Positions 36,923-46,513 of a stretch of 64,000 nt of DNA are shown here, piece after piece (the first letter of the stretch is position 1; each line of letters starts with the position of its first letter). A program made the position numbers and the translations under genes. Origin of the DNA: Anaerolineaceae bacterium (lineage in GTDB: Bacteria > Chloroflexota > Anaerolineae > Anaerolineales > Anaerolineaceae); the NCBI GenBank assembly GCA_040768445.1, contig JAXGMV010000001.1:1152749-1216748 (forward strand), in the 5' to 3' direction. The notes below the pieces were generated by a model, which had not been told where the DNA came from, did not search any database, and was given only the letters and a program-made list of their open reading frames with translations.

Positions 36923-38116
36923 ATGCTGCCTGTAAAAATATCCCCTGCTATCCACTGGGTTGGACTCAATGACCGGATTACCCCTATTTTTGAAGGAACC
37001 TGGCCGATTCAACCAGCTGGCGTTTCTTATAACGCCTACCTGATCAAAGACGAAAAGAATGCCCTGATTGACCCGGGTCCAGCTTTTGCCGGTGGCGAGA
37101 TCATCGCCCGCATCAATGCCATTTTGCCAGTAACAGAGCTGGATTACATCGTGGTCAACCATATCGAGCCGGACCATGCCGGCGCCATTAGTGCCATGCT
37201 GCAGGCTGCTCCAAAGGCGGTTCTGGTCGGCAATGCCAAGACTTTTGATATGCTCAAGAACTACCTGCCGCTGGATGGACGCACGCTGACGGTCAAGAAC
37301 GACGAGACACTCAGCCTGGGTAAACACACCTTGCAGTTCATTGTCATCCCATTCCTGCACTGGCCGGAGACGATGATGACCTACGAGACCAGCGAGCGCA
37401 TCATCTTCTCATGCGATAACTACGGCGGCTACGGCGCTCTGAAAGGCACGTTGTTCGCCGATGAGACACCCGATCGCTGGTTGTACATCAGCGAAGCACT
37501 GCGCTATTTTGTGACGGTGATGGTGCCGTTCAGCAAGCCGCTGCTCAAGGCTGTGGACAAAATGAACGAGATCCGTCCTGCTATTGTGGCACCCTCGCAT
37601 GGGTTGGTGTGGCGCGATGGTGTAGACAGCATCGTGGCACAGTACGGGCGTTGGGCGCAGTATGCCGCTGGCAAGGGCGAACCCGGGGTCACCATCCTGT
37701 ACGCCTCAATGTACGGCAATACCACGCGCATGGTGGATGCCATGGCATCCGGTCTCCTGAAGACCGGCCTGCCGTTTGAAATTTTTGACTGCCAGCACAC
37801 CGATGTCAGCTATATCCTGCCGGCACTGCTCAAGTACCAGGGCGTGCTGATCGGCTCTGCTACCTTCGAAGGTGCATTGATGCCGCAGGTCAGCGCCGTG
37901 CTGGATATGGCGGTGCGGAAAAAGATTCTGCAGCGCCAGGCGGCGGTGTTCGGCGGCTACAGCTGGGGCGGTCTCAACCGCGACCGGCTCGACAAGGTCA
38001 AGGAAAGCCTGGGTTGGGAGTTCAGCGAACCGTTTGGCTGGCTGGGCGCCTGCACGCTTGATCACCAGGCGCGTGCAGACCAGTTTGCACAGGACTTTGC
38101 TAAAAACCTGGTTTAG
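36923..38116 (+). CDS. fprA: FprA-type flavodiiron protein (MBL plus flavodoxin domains)
   Basis: YNAYLI, NHIEPDHAG di-iron ligand block, C-terminal flavodoxin-like ILYASMYGNT. Confidence 0.85.
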   Translation: MLPVKISPAIHWVGLNDRITPIFEGTWPIQPAGVSYNAYLIKDEKNALIDPGPAFAGGEIIARINAILPVTELDYIVVNHIEPDHAGAISAMLQAAPKAVLVGNAKTFDMLKNYLPLDGRTLTVKNDETLSLGKHTLQFIVIPFLHWPETMMTYETSERIIFSCDNYGGYGALKGTLFADETPDRWLYISEALRYFVTVMVPFSKPLLKAVDKMNEIRPAIVAPSHGLVWRDGVDSIVAQYGRWAQYAAGKGEPGVTILYASMYGNTTRMVDAMASGLLKTGLPFEIFDCQHTDVSYILPALLKYQGVLIGSATFEGALMPQVSAVLDMAVRKKILQRQAAVFGGYSWGGLNRDRLDKVKESLGWEFSEPFGWLGACTLDHQARADQFAQDFAKNLV

Positions 38117-38146
38117 CCATTACCGCAGCCTGATTTATCAACAATG

Positions 38147-38181
38147 AAAAAGAGACACGGGACTGTCCCGTGTCTCTTTTA
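38147..38181. terminator. Bidirectional intrinsic terminator
   Basis: AAAAAGAGACACGGGA-CTG-TCCCGTGTCTCTTTT. Perfect 12-bp stem flanked by A and T runs between convergent genes. Confidence 0.75.
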
Positions 38182-38202
38182 TGTTTTCAGAGTACGACTG
38201 GC

Positions 38203-39366
38203 TTAATCCAGCCGGCGGGCAAAACGTTCGATACGTACCAGGGCTTCTTCGATTTTTTCGTAAGCTGTGGCATAGGAGCAGCGCACGAAACCTTCTCCAC
38301 CGGCGCCAAAGGCGGAACCGGGAACAAGGGCGACATTCTCTTCTTTCAACAGGCGGTTGGCGAAGGTGTCGTCATCCAACCCGGTGACGCTGACCTTGGG
38401 GAAGGCATAGAAAGCGCCTTTAGGCTCAAAGGTGGGCAGACCGATGCGGTTCAAACCATCTACGATCAGCCGGCGGCGGCGGTCATATTCGTTGACCATC
38501 ATCTGAACCTGTTCCTCGCCATTCTGCAGGGCTTCAAGTGCGCCGATCTGTGCCATGGTGGGTGCAGACATGATGGTGAACTGGTGGATGCGTACCATGC
38601 CGCCAATCAGAGCTGCCGGGCCGCAGGCGTAACCGATACGCCAGCCGGTCATGGCATAGGCTTTTGAGAAACCACCGAGCGTGATGGTGCGGTCTTTCAT
38701 GCCGGGCAGGGTGGCAAAGCAGACATGCTTGACGCCGTAGACCAGGCGGTCGTAAATCTCGTCTGAGATGACGATCAGGTCGTGTTTTTCAGCAATCTTA
38801 GCGATCTCGAGCAGGGTTTCGCGGCTGGCAACTGCGCCGGTGGGGTTGTTGGGGTAGCCGATCAGGATGAACTTGGTTTTGGGTGTAATCGCAGCTTCGA
38901 TCGCCTTGGGATCGAGGTCGAAGTTGTTCTCAAAGGAACTGGCCACTTCAACTACCTTGCCGCCGGCAAGCTCCACCTCTGCCTGGTAGGAAACAAAGCA
39001 GGGCGTGGGGATGATGACTTCATCACCCTGGTTGAGCAGGGCGGTGGCAGCTAGGTACAGGGCTTCAGAGACACCAACAGTCAGTACGATTTCACTGGCG
39101 GGGTCGTAGCTGACGCCGTACAGTTTTTCCATTTGTTCGGCAACGGCTTTGCGGGTCTGCAGGATGCCGGCATTTGAGGTGTAATGGGTCTCACCCTGTT
39201 TGAGTGAATTGATGCCCGCCTGCAGGATGTGATCCGGCGTGGTGAAATCTGGCTCACCAATACCGAGTGAGATGACATCCTTCATGGTGGCAACAATATC
39301 AAAGAACTTTCGAATTCCCGATGGTTTGAGGTTGCGTACTCGGGTAGAGAGATAATTGTCTTGCAT
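38203..39366 (-). CDS. Class I/II PLP-dependent aminotransferase (aspartate aminotransferase-like)
   Basis: GEPDF.TP, YPNNPTG, FSKAYAMTGWRIGY (PLP lysine) motifs. Confidence 0.9.
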   Translation of the reverse strand: MQDNYLSTRVRNLKPSGIRKFFDIVATMKDVISLGIGEPDFTTPDHILQAGINSLKQGETHYTSNAGILQTRKAVAEQMEKLYGVSYDPASEIVLTVGVSEALYLAATALLNQGDEVIIPTPCFVSYQAEVELAGGKVVEVASSFENNFDLDPKAIEAAITPKTKFILIGYPNNPTGAVASRETLLEIAKIAEKHDLIVISDEIYDRLVYGVKHVCFATLPGMKDRTITLGGFSKAYAMTGWRIGYACGPAALIGGMVRIHQFTIMSAPTMAQIGALEALQNGEEQVQMMVNEYDRRRRLIVDGLNRIGLPTFEPKGAFYAFPKVSVTGLDDDTFANRLLKEENVALVPGSAFGAGGEGFVRCSYATAYEKIEEALVRIERFARRLD

Positions 39367-39429
39367 GTTTTCTCCTTATTATTTACTCGTTATTTTTAAT
39401 GTTATACGATACTGCGAGCACTTCCATGC

Positions 39430-39663
39430 TTAGACAGGGTTGAGGCTCCATGTATCGCTAAGTTCCATGTAGGACAGGTTAAAGGTCAGGTCGTCCTCGG
39501 TTATGATGCGAAAACAGCGGCTGCCGGGCTGGCGCGCCTGTGCTGTGATGGTTTTTACCACCCTTCGTGCATTGTCCCAGCGCAGGGCGCGCGGCGATTC
39601 TGCATAGGTGAAGCCGGAATGACACTCAACCAGCGGTTCAGCGAACACTGCTGTCATCTCCAA
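39430..39663 (-). CDS. Hypothetical 77-aa protein
   Basis: ORF only. The start overlaps the 3' end of the upstream nucleotidyltransferase gene by 26 nt. No family recognised. Confidence 0.3.
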   Translation of the reverse strand: MEMTAVFAEPLVECHSGFTYAESPRALRWDNARRVVKTITAQARQPGSRCFRIITEDDLTFNLSYMELSDTWSLNPV

Positions 39664-40642
39664 TCACCAGTGAGCTGCAGCTTCCGGCAAGGGTGGTACG
39701 GCGCCCGATGAGTGAGTCGGTCAGGAGCATGCGGCTGAGATGGCTGTACTCCTCAATGATGGCATTGCGCACAATCACATCCTCCAACTGGCAGTGGGCA
39801 TCCACGACCACGTTGGGGCCGATGACGGATGATTTTATACTGGCTGTGGGGTGAATGTACACCGGTGGGATAATCTGTACACCGTCGAGGGACGCGCCTT
39901 TGCCGTCGTTGCCGTTTTTCTGCAGCAGGAAAGCATTGGTCTCTAACACTGCCTGAATGGTGCCGGCGTCCAGCCAGGTGCTGACCTGTTCGACGCGCAT
40001 AACAGCACCCCATTCCAGCATGATGTTGAGGGCATCGGTCAGGTAGTATTCACCTTTCAGGGCAGTATCGCGGCGCACCTGCTCTTCTATGGCGCGCATC
40101 AACTCTTCCGCCTTGCGGAAGTAGTAAAAACCAACCACAGCCAGGTTGTTACTGGTATCAGATGGTTTTTCCACGTAGCGGGTCACCCTGCCAGAAGCAT
40201 CCAGGCTGGCAACACCAAAGCGTCGGGGATCCGGCACGGGCTGCACCAGCGCCACGCCGTCAGAGGGGTCGTCTCGCAGGAAGGACAGATCAGTTTCAAG
40301 CAGCGTGTCAGAAAAAGCCATCAGCATCTTGCCGTGCAGGTGCTCACGCGCCAGGTACAGCGCATCAGATTGGCCTCGCATCACTTGCTGGACGACATAG
40401 TGCACCTTCTTATCGGGGTGCTTCTCTGTCATGTAAGCTTTGATCTGCTCGCCCATGCCGCCAAGGATGAAGACATATTCAACATTGAACTCTGCCGGCA
40501 CTGACTTGAACTGGTCAAGCACAAAGTCCAGCGTGGTTTTACCCGCCAGGCTGAGTAATGGTTTTGGTTTGCTCCAGGTATGGGGACGCAAACGGGTACC
40601 ATGACCTGCCATGGGTATGGCTATTTTGAGTGTTTCAGCCAA
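39638..40642 (-). CDS. Sugar-phosphate nucleotidyltransferase with C-terminal left-handed beta-helix
   Basis: IPMAGHGTRLRP...KPKPLL (GxGTRxxP). C-terminal hexapeptide-like repeats. TTG start 6 nt after GGAGGG. Confidence 0.8.
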   Translation of the reverse strand: MAETLKIAIPMAGHGTRLRPHTWSKPKPLLSLAGKTTLDFVLDQFKSVPAEFNVEYVFILGGMGEQIKAYMTEKHPDKKVHYVVQQVMRGQSDALYLAREHLHGKMLMAFSDTLLETDLSFLRDDPSDGVALVQPVPDPRRFGVASLDASGRVTRYVEKPSDTSNNLAVVGFYYFRKAEELMRAIEEQVRRDTALKGEYYLTDALNIMLEWGAVMRVEQVSTWLDAGTIQAVLETNAFLLQKNGNDGKGASLDGVQIIPPVYIHPTASIKSSVIGPNVVVDAHCQLEDVIVRNAIIEEYSHLSRMLLTDSLIGRRTTLAGSCSSLVIGDDSSVR

Positions 40643-40960
40643 AAGATTCCCTCCTGAAGGTTTTGAGACCCTTTTGCATTTCTTAATTGAATTTTATCAC
40701 TTTCCACCCCATCTGATGACTGTCAAGCGTTACTCTTTTTGTATGAGGATTTACCAATTATTTGTGACAAGCTTCTAATAGAAGAAAGGAAGCTCTATGG
40801 CCAGATCGGTAGGATACACTTACGCAGGCGCGCCTGGTCAAGGCTTTATCCAGGACGCGACATACACCATCTGCTCCTGACCGGTGAGCATTTTCCAATA
40901 ATAAATATGCAGTTTACCAATTACAGTTAATATGAATAAGTTTTTTGGTTGATTAAATTA

Positions 40961-43009
40961 TTATTGACCAACTTCCTGAGATGTAACAGTTTGATCGGTT
41001 TCAGCAGCAACTTTACCGTCACGAATGACGACAATCCGATCAGCCTGGGCAGCGATATTTTGATCATGAGTCACTACCACCACAGCTTTACCTTGCCGAC
41101 GAAGCTCGTCGATCAAGCCATACACCTTGGCGATTCCCTTCGCATCCAAACCAACTGTTGGTTCATCCAATACATAAGTGCACAGCTCAGTGTTGCATGC
41201 AGCGATTTCCAACATCCGAATATCAGCCTGATGCAGGTCAAGCGGGCAATCATCTTTCGAAAGACCGGTAAACTCAAGCCCGGTGTTAACGAAAGTTTCA
41301 ATTTCTTCCGATGGCCAATTGAGAAGTTTTGGTCCAAAGGAAAGTTCATCAGAAACCGTCATCGCTACGGTTTGTAATGCAGCATGTTGGAATACGTATC
41401 CCACCCTACCCTGTGTGACGACCTTGCCGCTCTTTGGAGCTATCGCACCTGCCATAGTAAGCATTGCAGTTGTTTTGCCTGAGCCGTTGGGGCCCATTAT
41501 CGCCACAACTTCACCAGCATGAAAACTGAGGTTAACCCCATTTAAAATAGGATTATCTTCAATCGTCACATGGACGTCTTGTAATTCAGCCACGACTTCA
41601 CCAATTGGTAACGAGTTAAGGGGTTGAAATTCCCCAAGCAGGTTGGTTTTTTCCAACCAATCTTGACTGCTGAAAAACTCCTGCGGTTTGACCTCAGCAG
41701 TGATCTGTCCTTCATCCATAACCAGTACCCGATCAACATACTGCTGCAGTTCAGACCAAAAATAATCGGTGACCACAATGGTAGCCTTGCGTTCCGAACA
41801 CAAAATCTTCAAAGCATCAAGGAATGCTGATCGACCTTCTGGATCCAACTCTTGCATGGGTGAATCCAGCAGCATAATTTTTGCATTGGAAACCAACGCA
41901 CCCGCCAACACCAGCCGTACCTGCTGCCCACCAGAAAGTTTTGTGGTCTCACGCGTCCATAAATTGGTGTCCAGACCCATTGTGATAAGTGCTTTTTTAG
42001 CCGCCACTTCATCAGGGATCATAAAGGTAATCTCCTGACCAACAGTCAAACCATGGATCGAGGCAAATGGGTCAGGAGCAATGTATAACGCCGATCCACA
42101 AATTTCTGTTAAAGGCGTATCGTAAGTAACCAACCCTGAGGTTTTTACCTGCCCAAGAGATTCCCCCATAATCCAGGGGATTACCCCACCCATCAATCTC
42201 AGTAACGAGGTTTTTCCAGCTCGATTTTTACCTGCAAGATAAACAAATTCACCCGGGCAGACATCAAGCGACACACCATTAACGACATCGGGTAATGTCG
42301 CCCCGTAGCGAACATGAGCATCCTCGATGGTCACACTTCCATCACCTTGTGCCTTTGTACGGTGATATGATTGGCTGGTAAATGCGGCTTTCTGAGAGTT
42401 ATCCACAATGCGGGGAATGATTGAGGAAGCCAGAGGTACAAGGTTGCGAAGATTGTTGCCAAGCGAATTCCATTTCAAGCCACGAATCAGCAAAGACTGG
42501 GTCAGCGCGACAAATTCTCGCTTAAGAATCTGTATACCCCGAAGTACCCCTAAAACCCAGGGCCGAGCCCAGGGGATCCATTCCAACGCGGCATAAATTT
42601 CTGGCAGCGGTGTGACAAACAGCCATGCAAACGAAATCAACATCACGCCGCACAGCCGCATGCCGGTTACCAAACCACGTTCAAAGCCAACCGCATTGAT
42701 AGTAAATATCCACCAGCTCAAACCACCGGCGTTTTGGGGCGATAAAATCGTATTATATAAAAGCAGCATGCCACCGGAAATGGGAGCGGTTAACGCCAGT
42801 TTCCAGGGTTTACTCGGATTTGCAATAAAGAGGATAAAACCAACTAATAACAACAGTGCCGCACCAATAACGTCATTAACAAAAATGAACAGCATGCCAA
42901 CCAAAAATACGACACCCAGGCGAGGTGTTGGCGAGAGCTTGCCCAATCCCCATCCAGTATTTGAGCCATTCGGAGTAAAGAAACGATTTCTTTTAACCTT
43001 GCTTTGCAT
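40961..43009 (-). CDS. Fused ECF-transporter module: EcfT (CbiQ-like) transmembrane domain plus two ABC ATPase domains
   Basis: N-terminal about 250-aa polytopic CbiQ-like region. Domain 1: GKNRAGKTS, LSGGQQVR, LLDSPMQELD. Domain 2: GPNGSGKTT, YVLDEPTVGLD, VTHD. Start set at ATG 43009 (AGGAGA upstream) rather than the track start 43126. Confidence 0.8.
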   Translation of the reverse strand: MQSKVKRNRFFTPNGSNTGWGLGKLSPTPRLGVVFLVGMLFIFVNDVIGAALLLLVGFILFIANPSKPWKLALTAPISGGMLLLYNTILSPQNAGGLSWWIFTINAVGFERGLVTGMRLCGVMLISFAWLFVTPLPEIYAALEWIPWARPWVLGVLRGIQILKREFVALTQSLLIRGLKWNSLGNNLRNLVPLASSIIPRIVDNSQKAAFTSQSYHRTKAQGDGSVTIEDAHVRYGATLPDVVNGVSLDVCPGEFVYLAGKNRAGKTSLLRLMGGVIPWIMGESLGQVKTSGLVTYDTPLTEICGSALYIAPDPFASIHGLTVGQEITFMIPDEVAAKKALITMGLDTNLWTRETTKLSGGQQVRLVLAGALVSNAKIMLLDSPMQELDPEGRSAFLDALKILCSERKATIVVTDYFWSELQQYVDRVLVMDEGQITAEVKPQEFFSSQDWLEKTNLLGEFQPLNSLPIGEVVAELQDVHVTIEDNPILNGVNLSFHAGEVVAIMGPNGSGKTTAMLTMAGAIAPKSGKVVTQGRVGYVFQHAALQTVAMTVSDELSFGPKLLNWPSEEIETFVNTGLEFTGLSKDDCPLDLHQADIRMLEIAACNTELCTYVLDEPTVGLDAKGIAKVYGLIDELRRQGKAVVVVTHDQNIAAQADRIVVIRDGKVAAETDQTVTSQEVGQ

Positions 43010-43175
43010 ACCTAACCTTTTCTCCTGCCAGTAACACAAAAAGATCCTGATAACTTGATGATGGTAATAGAGCTTTTCTCTTATTCGAGGAGCTTCCAGC
43101 CCATACCTGTGCAGCTGGAAGCTCAAGTTGGAACAAGGGGATTACTCGATAATCAGGAAAAACCTGATCACATTC

Positions 43176-43943
43176 TTATTCGGCAATTCCTGCATTGCGT
43201 AAGCGGGTAGTGTACAAAGCAAGCAGATATAAACCTAAGATTGCAGATACCAAATCGCCTATAAACCAGCCAACTCCGGGGTCAATCAACGAAGCAGCTA
43301 ATGGTTTGCCACCGACAGTAGCCCCAATTGCGCCCATAAACGCGCTGACTGCGCAGATAATCACTGCTACCAAAAGCCCCAGGCCAAAATCACGCATATT
43401 GAGCGATAAGTTGTTCAACAGCAGACGGGCGCCAACAACCAATACAACCAACGGGATCAAATAACCCCATAACCCGGGAATTTTTAAGAGAGGGCTGAGT
43501 AGTCCAGACGCCAGAACGATTAGCGTGAGGATCAATGCTCTAACGGCACCAGAAATGACATCTGAGGGTTTTTGAGTTCCCATGGTAGGATCAATTCTCA
43601 ATGTCTTAAACAACAGCCAGGGAAGGAAAGAGTTTGCCAACCCACCAGCCAGCAAATTCTGGATGATATCCACCACTCCCCAACCACCATAGGAGAGTAT
43701 ACCAGCTGTGTAAGCCCCGACCCCTCCGGCTATTGTGCCATAAATTGGACCCAGCCAGACACCTGCGACAAATTGTAAAGCAGCGGGCAGCCAGAGGAAA
43801 CTTGCACCTTTTGCTGTGGGGGAAGAGGAGATTGTCATCATTACCCAACCCAGGGCAGCAATAGCAACAGCCATGAAGATGGTAAAACTTATTCGCAACG
43901 CATGATCACGTTTCTTGATATATTGCGCTTGTGATGAAGCCAT
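43176..43943 (-). CDS. Polytopic membrane protein, candidate ECF S (substrate-capture) component
   Basis: 255 aa, about 6-7 TM helices, immediately upstream of the EcfT-A-A' gene on the same strand. The assignment rests on position and size only. Confidence 0.5.
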   Translation of the reverse strand: MASSQAQYIKKRDHALRISFTIFMAVAIAALGWVMMTISSSPTAKGASFLWLPAALQFVAGVWLGPIYGTIAGGVGAYTAGILSYGGWGVVDIIQNLLAGGLANSFLPWLLFKTLRIDPTMGTQKPSDVISGAVRALILTLIVLASGLLSPLLKIPGLWGYLIPLVVLVVGARLLLNNLSLNMRDFGLGLLVAVIICAVSAFMGAIGATVGGKPLAASLIDPGVGWFIGDLVSAILGLYLLALYTTRLRNAGIAE

Positions 43944-44040
43944 ATCAAAACTCCTTATTGTGGTCTCTTAGTACTGAAAAATGAAAATGATGAGCACAAT
44001 TACTGCCAAGAAGGACAAACCTTGCTTCTAAAAGTGTTAT

Positions 44041-44823
44041 CTATTTATTTTTCACCTCCTTACGTGCTAATTCAGGTCGGATCTTTCCCGCCTTTTCTAA
44101 TTCTTGAAGCTCCTCAAGGATAGAAATGTCTTCCATCATTCCTGGAGCCAGACGGTCCCAGTAGATACCGCCAACAGGCTTCTGTGGCTCGGCCACATGA
44201 ATTGTTTGGGTTGGTGTGACGATGTAATCACAAATTGTGTCGAATGGGGAAATATCAAGCTGCTCATCCACTAATTGGCAATCGTGAACCAGATCAACAA
44301 CTGGTGTAGTAACATCCACTACACCCATAGAGTAAAGTGTGGCCCACTCAATATCAAAGAAGCCGTGCCCTTTTCCAAAACGTGCCCCCTGAAGATTGAC
44401 CGCTGAGCCACCAGTCACCATCAGATCAAGATGTGGGTATTTCTGTTGGATTTCCGACAAGGTTATCAGACGACCGACGCGCTCAATAACATCTAATAAA
44501 ATTGCCCAGTCCTCAAGGCCAGCAGGCACATCAGTGTCTAATAGTTCAATAAAGCCCCGCCGTATGCCATAACTGGTCATTAGCAGGGCTTTATTGTCAC
44601 GGATGACTTGGGCTCTCAGGAGTTCCAGACAGTTGTCTGGAGTGACAAACACCACCTTTGCGTTTTGGTAACACTCCATGGCTGTCAGGCGGGCAGTCGC
44701 CAAATCGCTCCCCTCAAAGTCTGTAATAAATTCACCAAAGTCAAAATGAAAACGGCTGTCAGGGCGCGCTACAGAACGCAGCGCTTTCCACACAGCCTGA
44801 CGTGTTTCGTCGCGGTCATTCAT
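44041..44823 (-). CDS. 5-formyltetrahydrofolate cyclo-ligase family protein (long form)
   Basis: VFVTPDN...., LMVTGGSAVNLQGARFGKGHGFFDIEWA resembles the D..G.R.G.G.G.YD signature of the MTHFS family. AAGGAGGG RBS. Confidence 0.6.
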   Translation of the reverse strand: MNDRDETRQAVWKALRSVARPDSRFHFDFGEFITDFEGSDLATARLTAMECYQNAKVVFVTPDNCLELLRAQVIRDNKALLMTSYGIRRGFIELLDTDVPAGLEDWAILLDVIERVGRLITLSEIQQKYPHLDLMVTGGSAVNLQGARFGKGHGFFDIEWATLYSMGVVDVTTPVVDLVHDCQLVDEQLDISPFDTICDYIVTPTQTIHVAEPQKPVGGIYWDRLAPGMMEDISILEELQELEKAGKIRPELARKEVKNK

Positions 44824-45259
44824 AGACCCTCCTTATAAATAGTATTTGGTTGAATGGTTTGGGTAATTTAAAATACAAAATAAGATCAAAGAAATATTTA
44901 TATCTGGATTCCACGTCTGCATCAAATTATCTTCAAGTTTTTTAACCGTCGAAGGCTTTTAATGATGATAACTCAATTTTTGTGATTTGGTTGCTTCATG
45001 TTTAGAAATTTTAAGAATAAGCCTGTAATTCGGGCTATCAGGTACCGTTACCATACGCCATCTACTCAGAAACCCCTCTACGGGCAACTATTAAGATCAC
45101 GTAATTTAAATCATCAATTTTTCACATCTTAGAGAAATGACGCAGCTGAAGTTATTCTGGTAGAGCAGGTTTTCTTTGTTAATAACTGATCTGGAAAGCA
45201 GGTAACCGGTCTTGAATAGTATAATCTACGGTTAAGACCAAGACGAGCAGGAGCGAGAG

Positions 45260-46492
45260 ATGACAAAGATAAACCCACAGCACGGCATCAGCACACTGGC
45301 GACCCATGCACTTGAGGATGACCATCCCCTGCATGCCAATGCCAGCCCCATATTCCAGAATTCCACTTTCAGGCTGCCAGACGTGGCCGCCGGTGCCGCC
45401 ATCTTCAGCGGCGAGCAGGAAGGTTATGTGTACACCCGTTGGGATAACCCCAACCAGTTGCAAACAGCCCGCAAGATCGCTGTACTGGAAGGACTTGATC
45501 TTCTGAAAGCAGAACCGGAGCGGGATTATCTTGAAATCGTTGACGGCCGGGTCTTCTCCTCCGGTATGGCGGCAGTGACATCGGCTGTGCTGGCGCTGGT
45601 CAAGGCCGGCGATACCATCATCACCCAGGACGCACTGTACAGCGCCACCTATAACTTCTTTGCCAATACCCTGCCAAATTACGGCGTGAAGATTGTCTGG
45701 TTGCACGATACCAGCCCGGCCGCCTGGGAAGAGGCGTTTGAACGCAACCCGGGCGCAAAGCTGGCTTATGCCGAGACACCTGTCAACCCGACGCTTTCGA
45801 TAGTCGACCTGCCGGCACTGGCCGAGATTGCCCACCGACGCGGCGCACAGGTGATCGTGGATAATACCTTCGCCACACCGTACTGCCAGCGGCCGTTGAC
45901 GATGGGTGTGGATGTGGTGCTGCACTCCACCACAAAATATCTGCACGGTCACGGCCAGGTGATAGGTGGTGTGGTCGTCAGCCGACATGTGGATTACATC
46001 AAAGGACCGCTCACTACGGCGCTGCGTACCTACGGCGGCACTGCCAGCCCGTTTGACTGCTGGCTGGTCAACAGCGGTTTGAAGACCTTTGAGCTGCGCA
46101 TGCAGCGGCAGTGCGATAATGCCCGCAAGGCAGCAGCCTTTTTAGAGAAACACCCGGCTGTTGAACGCGTATTCTATCCGGGACTGGAAAGCAGCCCGGA
46201 CTACGCGCTTGCCCGGCGCATGATGCACGACTTTGGCGGCATGGTTTCCTTTGAGCTGAAGGGCGGCTTCAAGGCCGGCGAACAGATGATGAACCGTGTG
46301 CGCCTGTGCCGGTTGGCAGTCAGCCTGGGGCACATTGACAGCCTGATACAGCATCCAGCGAGCATGACCCATTCTTACATGAGCCCGGAAGCACGTAGCA
46401 AGATGGGCGTGAGCGAGGGGCTGGTGCGCTTCTCACTGGGTATTGAAAATAGTGAGGATATCCTGGCTGACCTTGAGCAGGCCCTGGCGTAA
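45260..46492 (+). CDS. Cys/Met-metabolism PLP-dependent enzyme (methionine gamma-lyase / O-acetylhomoserine sulfhydrylase / cystathionine gamma-synthase family)
   Basis: RWDNPN, VDNTFATP, HSTTKYLHGHG (PLP lysine), SLG...SLIQHPASMTH. Confidence 0.9.
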   Translation: MTKINPQHGISTLATHALEDDHPLHANASPIFQNSTFRLPDVAAGAAIFSGEQEGYVYTRWDNPNQLQTARKIAVLEGLDLLKAEPERDYLEIVDGRVFSSGMAAVTSAVLALVKAGDTIITQDALYSATYNFFANTLPNYGVKIVWLHDTSPAAWEEAFERNPGAKLAYAETPVNPTLSIVDLPALAEIAHRRGAQVIVDNTFATPYCQRPLTMGVDVVLHSTTKYLHGHGQVIGGVVVSRHVDYIKGPLTTALRTYGGTASPFDCWLVNSGLKTFELRMQRQCDNARKAAAFLEKHPAVERVFYPGLESSPDYALARRMMHDFGGMVSFELKGGFKAGEQMMNRVRLCRLAVSLGHIDSLIQHPASMTHSYMSPEARSKMGVSEGLVRFSLGIENSEDILADLEQALA

Positions 46493-46513
46493 CGTACCGG
46501 GGCACATCAGCGT

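Noticed and set aside
40739-41377. Plus-strand ORFs (63 aa and 142 aa) at the 3' end of the ECF gene and in the adjacent spacer.
   Set aside because: They overlap the well-supported ATPase domain on the opposite strand or lie in AT-rich spacer DNA, and they have no RBS or motifs.
45020-45090. Possible THF or TPP riboswitch upstream (minus strand) of the MTHFS-like/ECF operon. The region reads GGGGUUUCUGAGUAGAUGGCGUAUGGUAACGGUACCUGAU and shares GAGUAGAUG with the THF-I consensus and CUGAG/ACCUGAU with the TPP consensus.
   Set aside because: No complementary 3' strands for THF P1/P2 (no ACGCCAU or CAUC..CUC partner). No TPP ACCC or CUGG-AUAAUGCCAG pyrophosphate helix. The short matches are best explained by chance. 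A cmscan would settle it.
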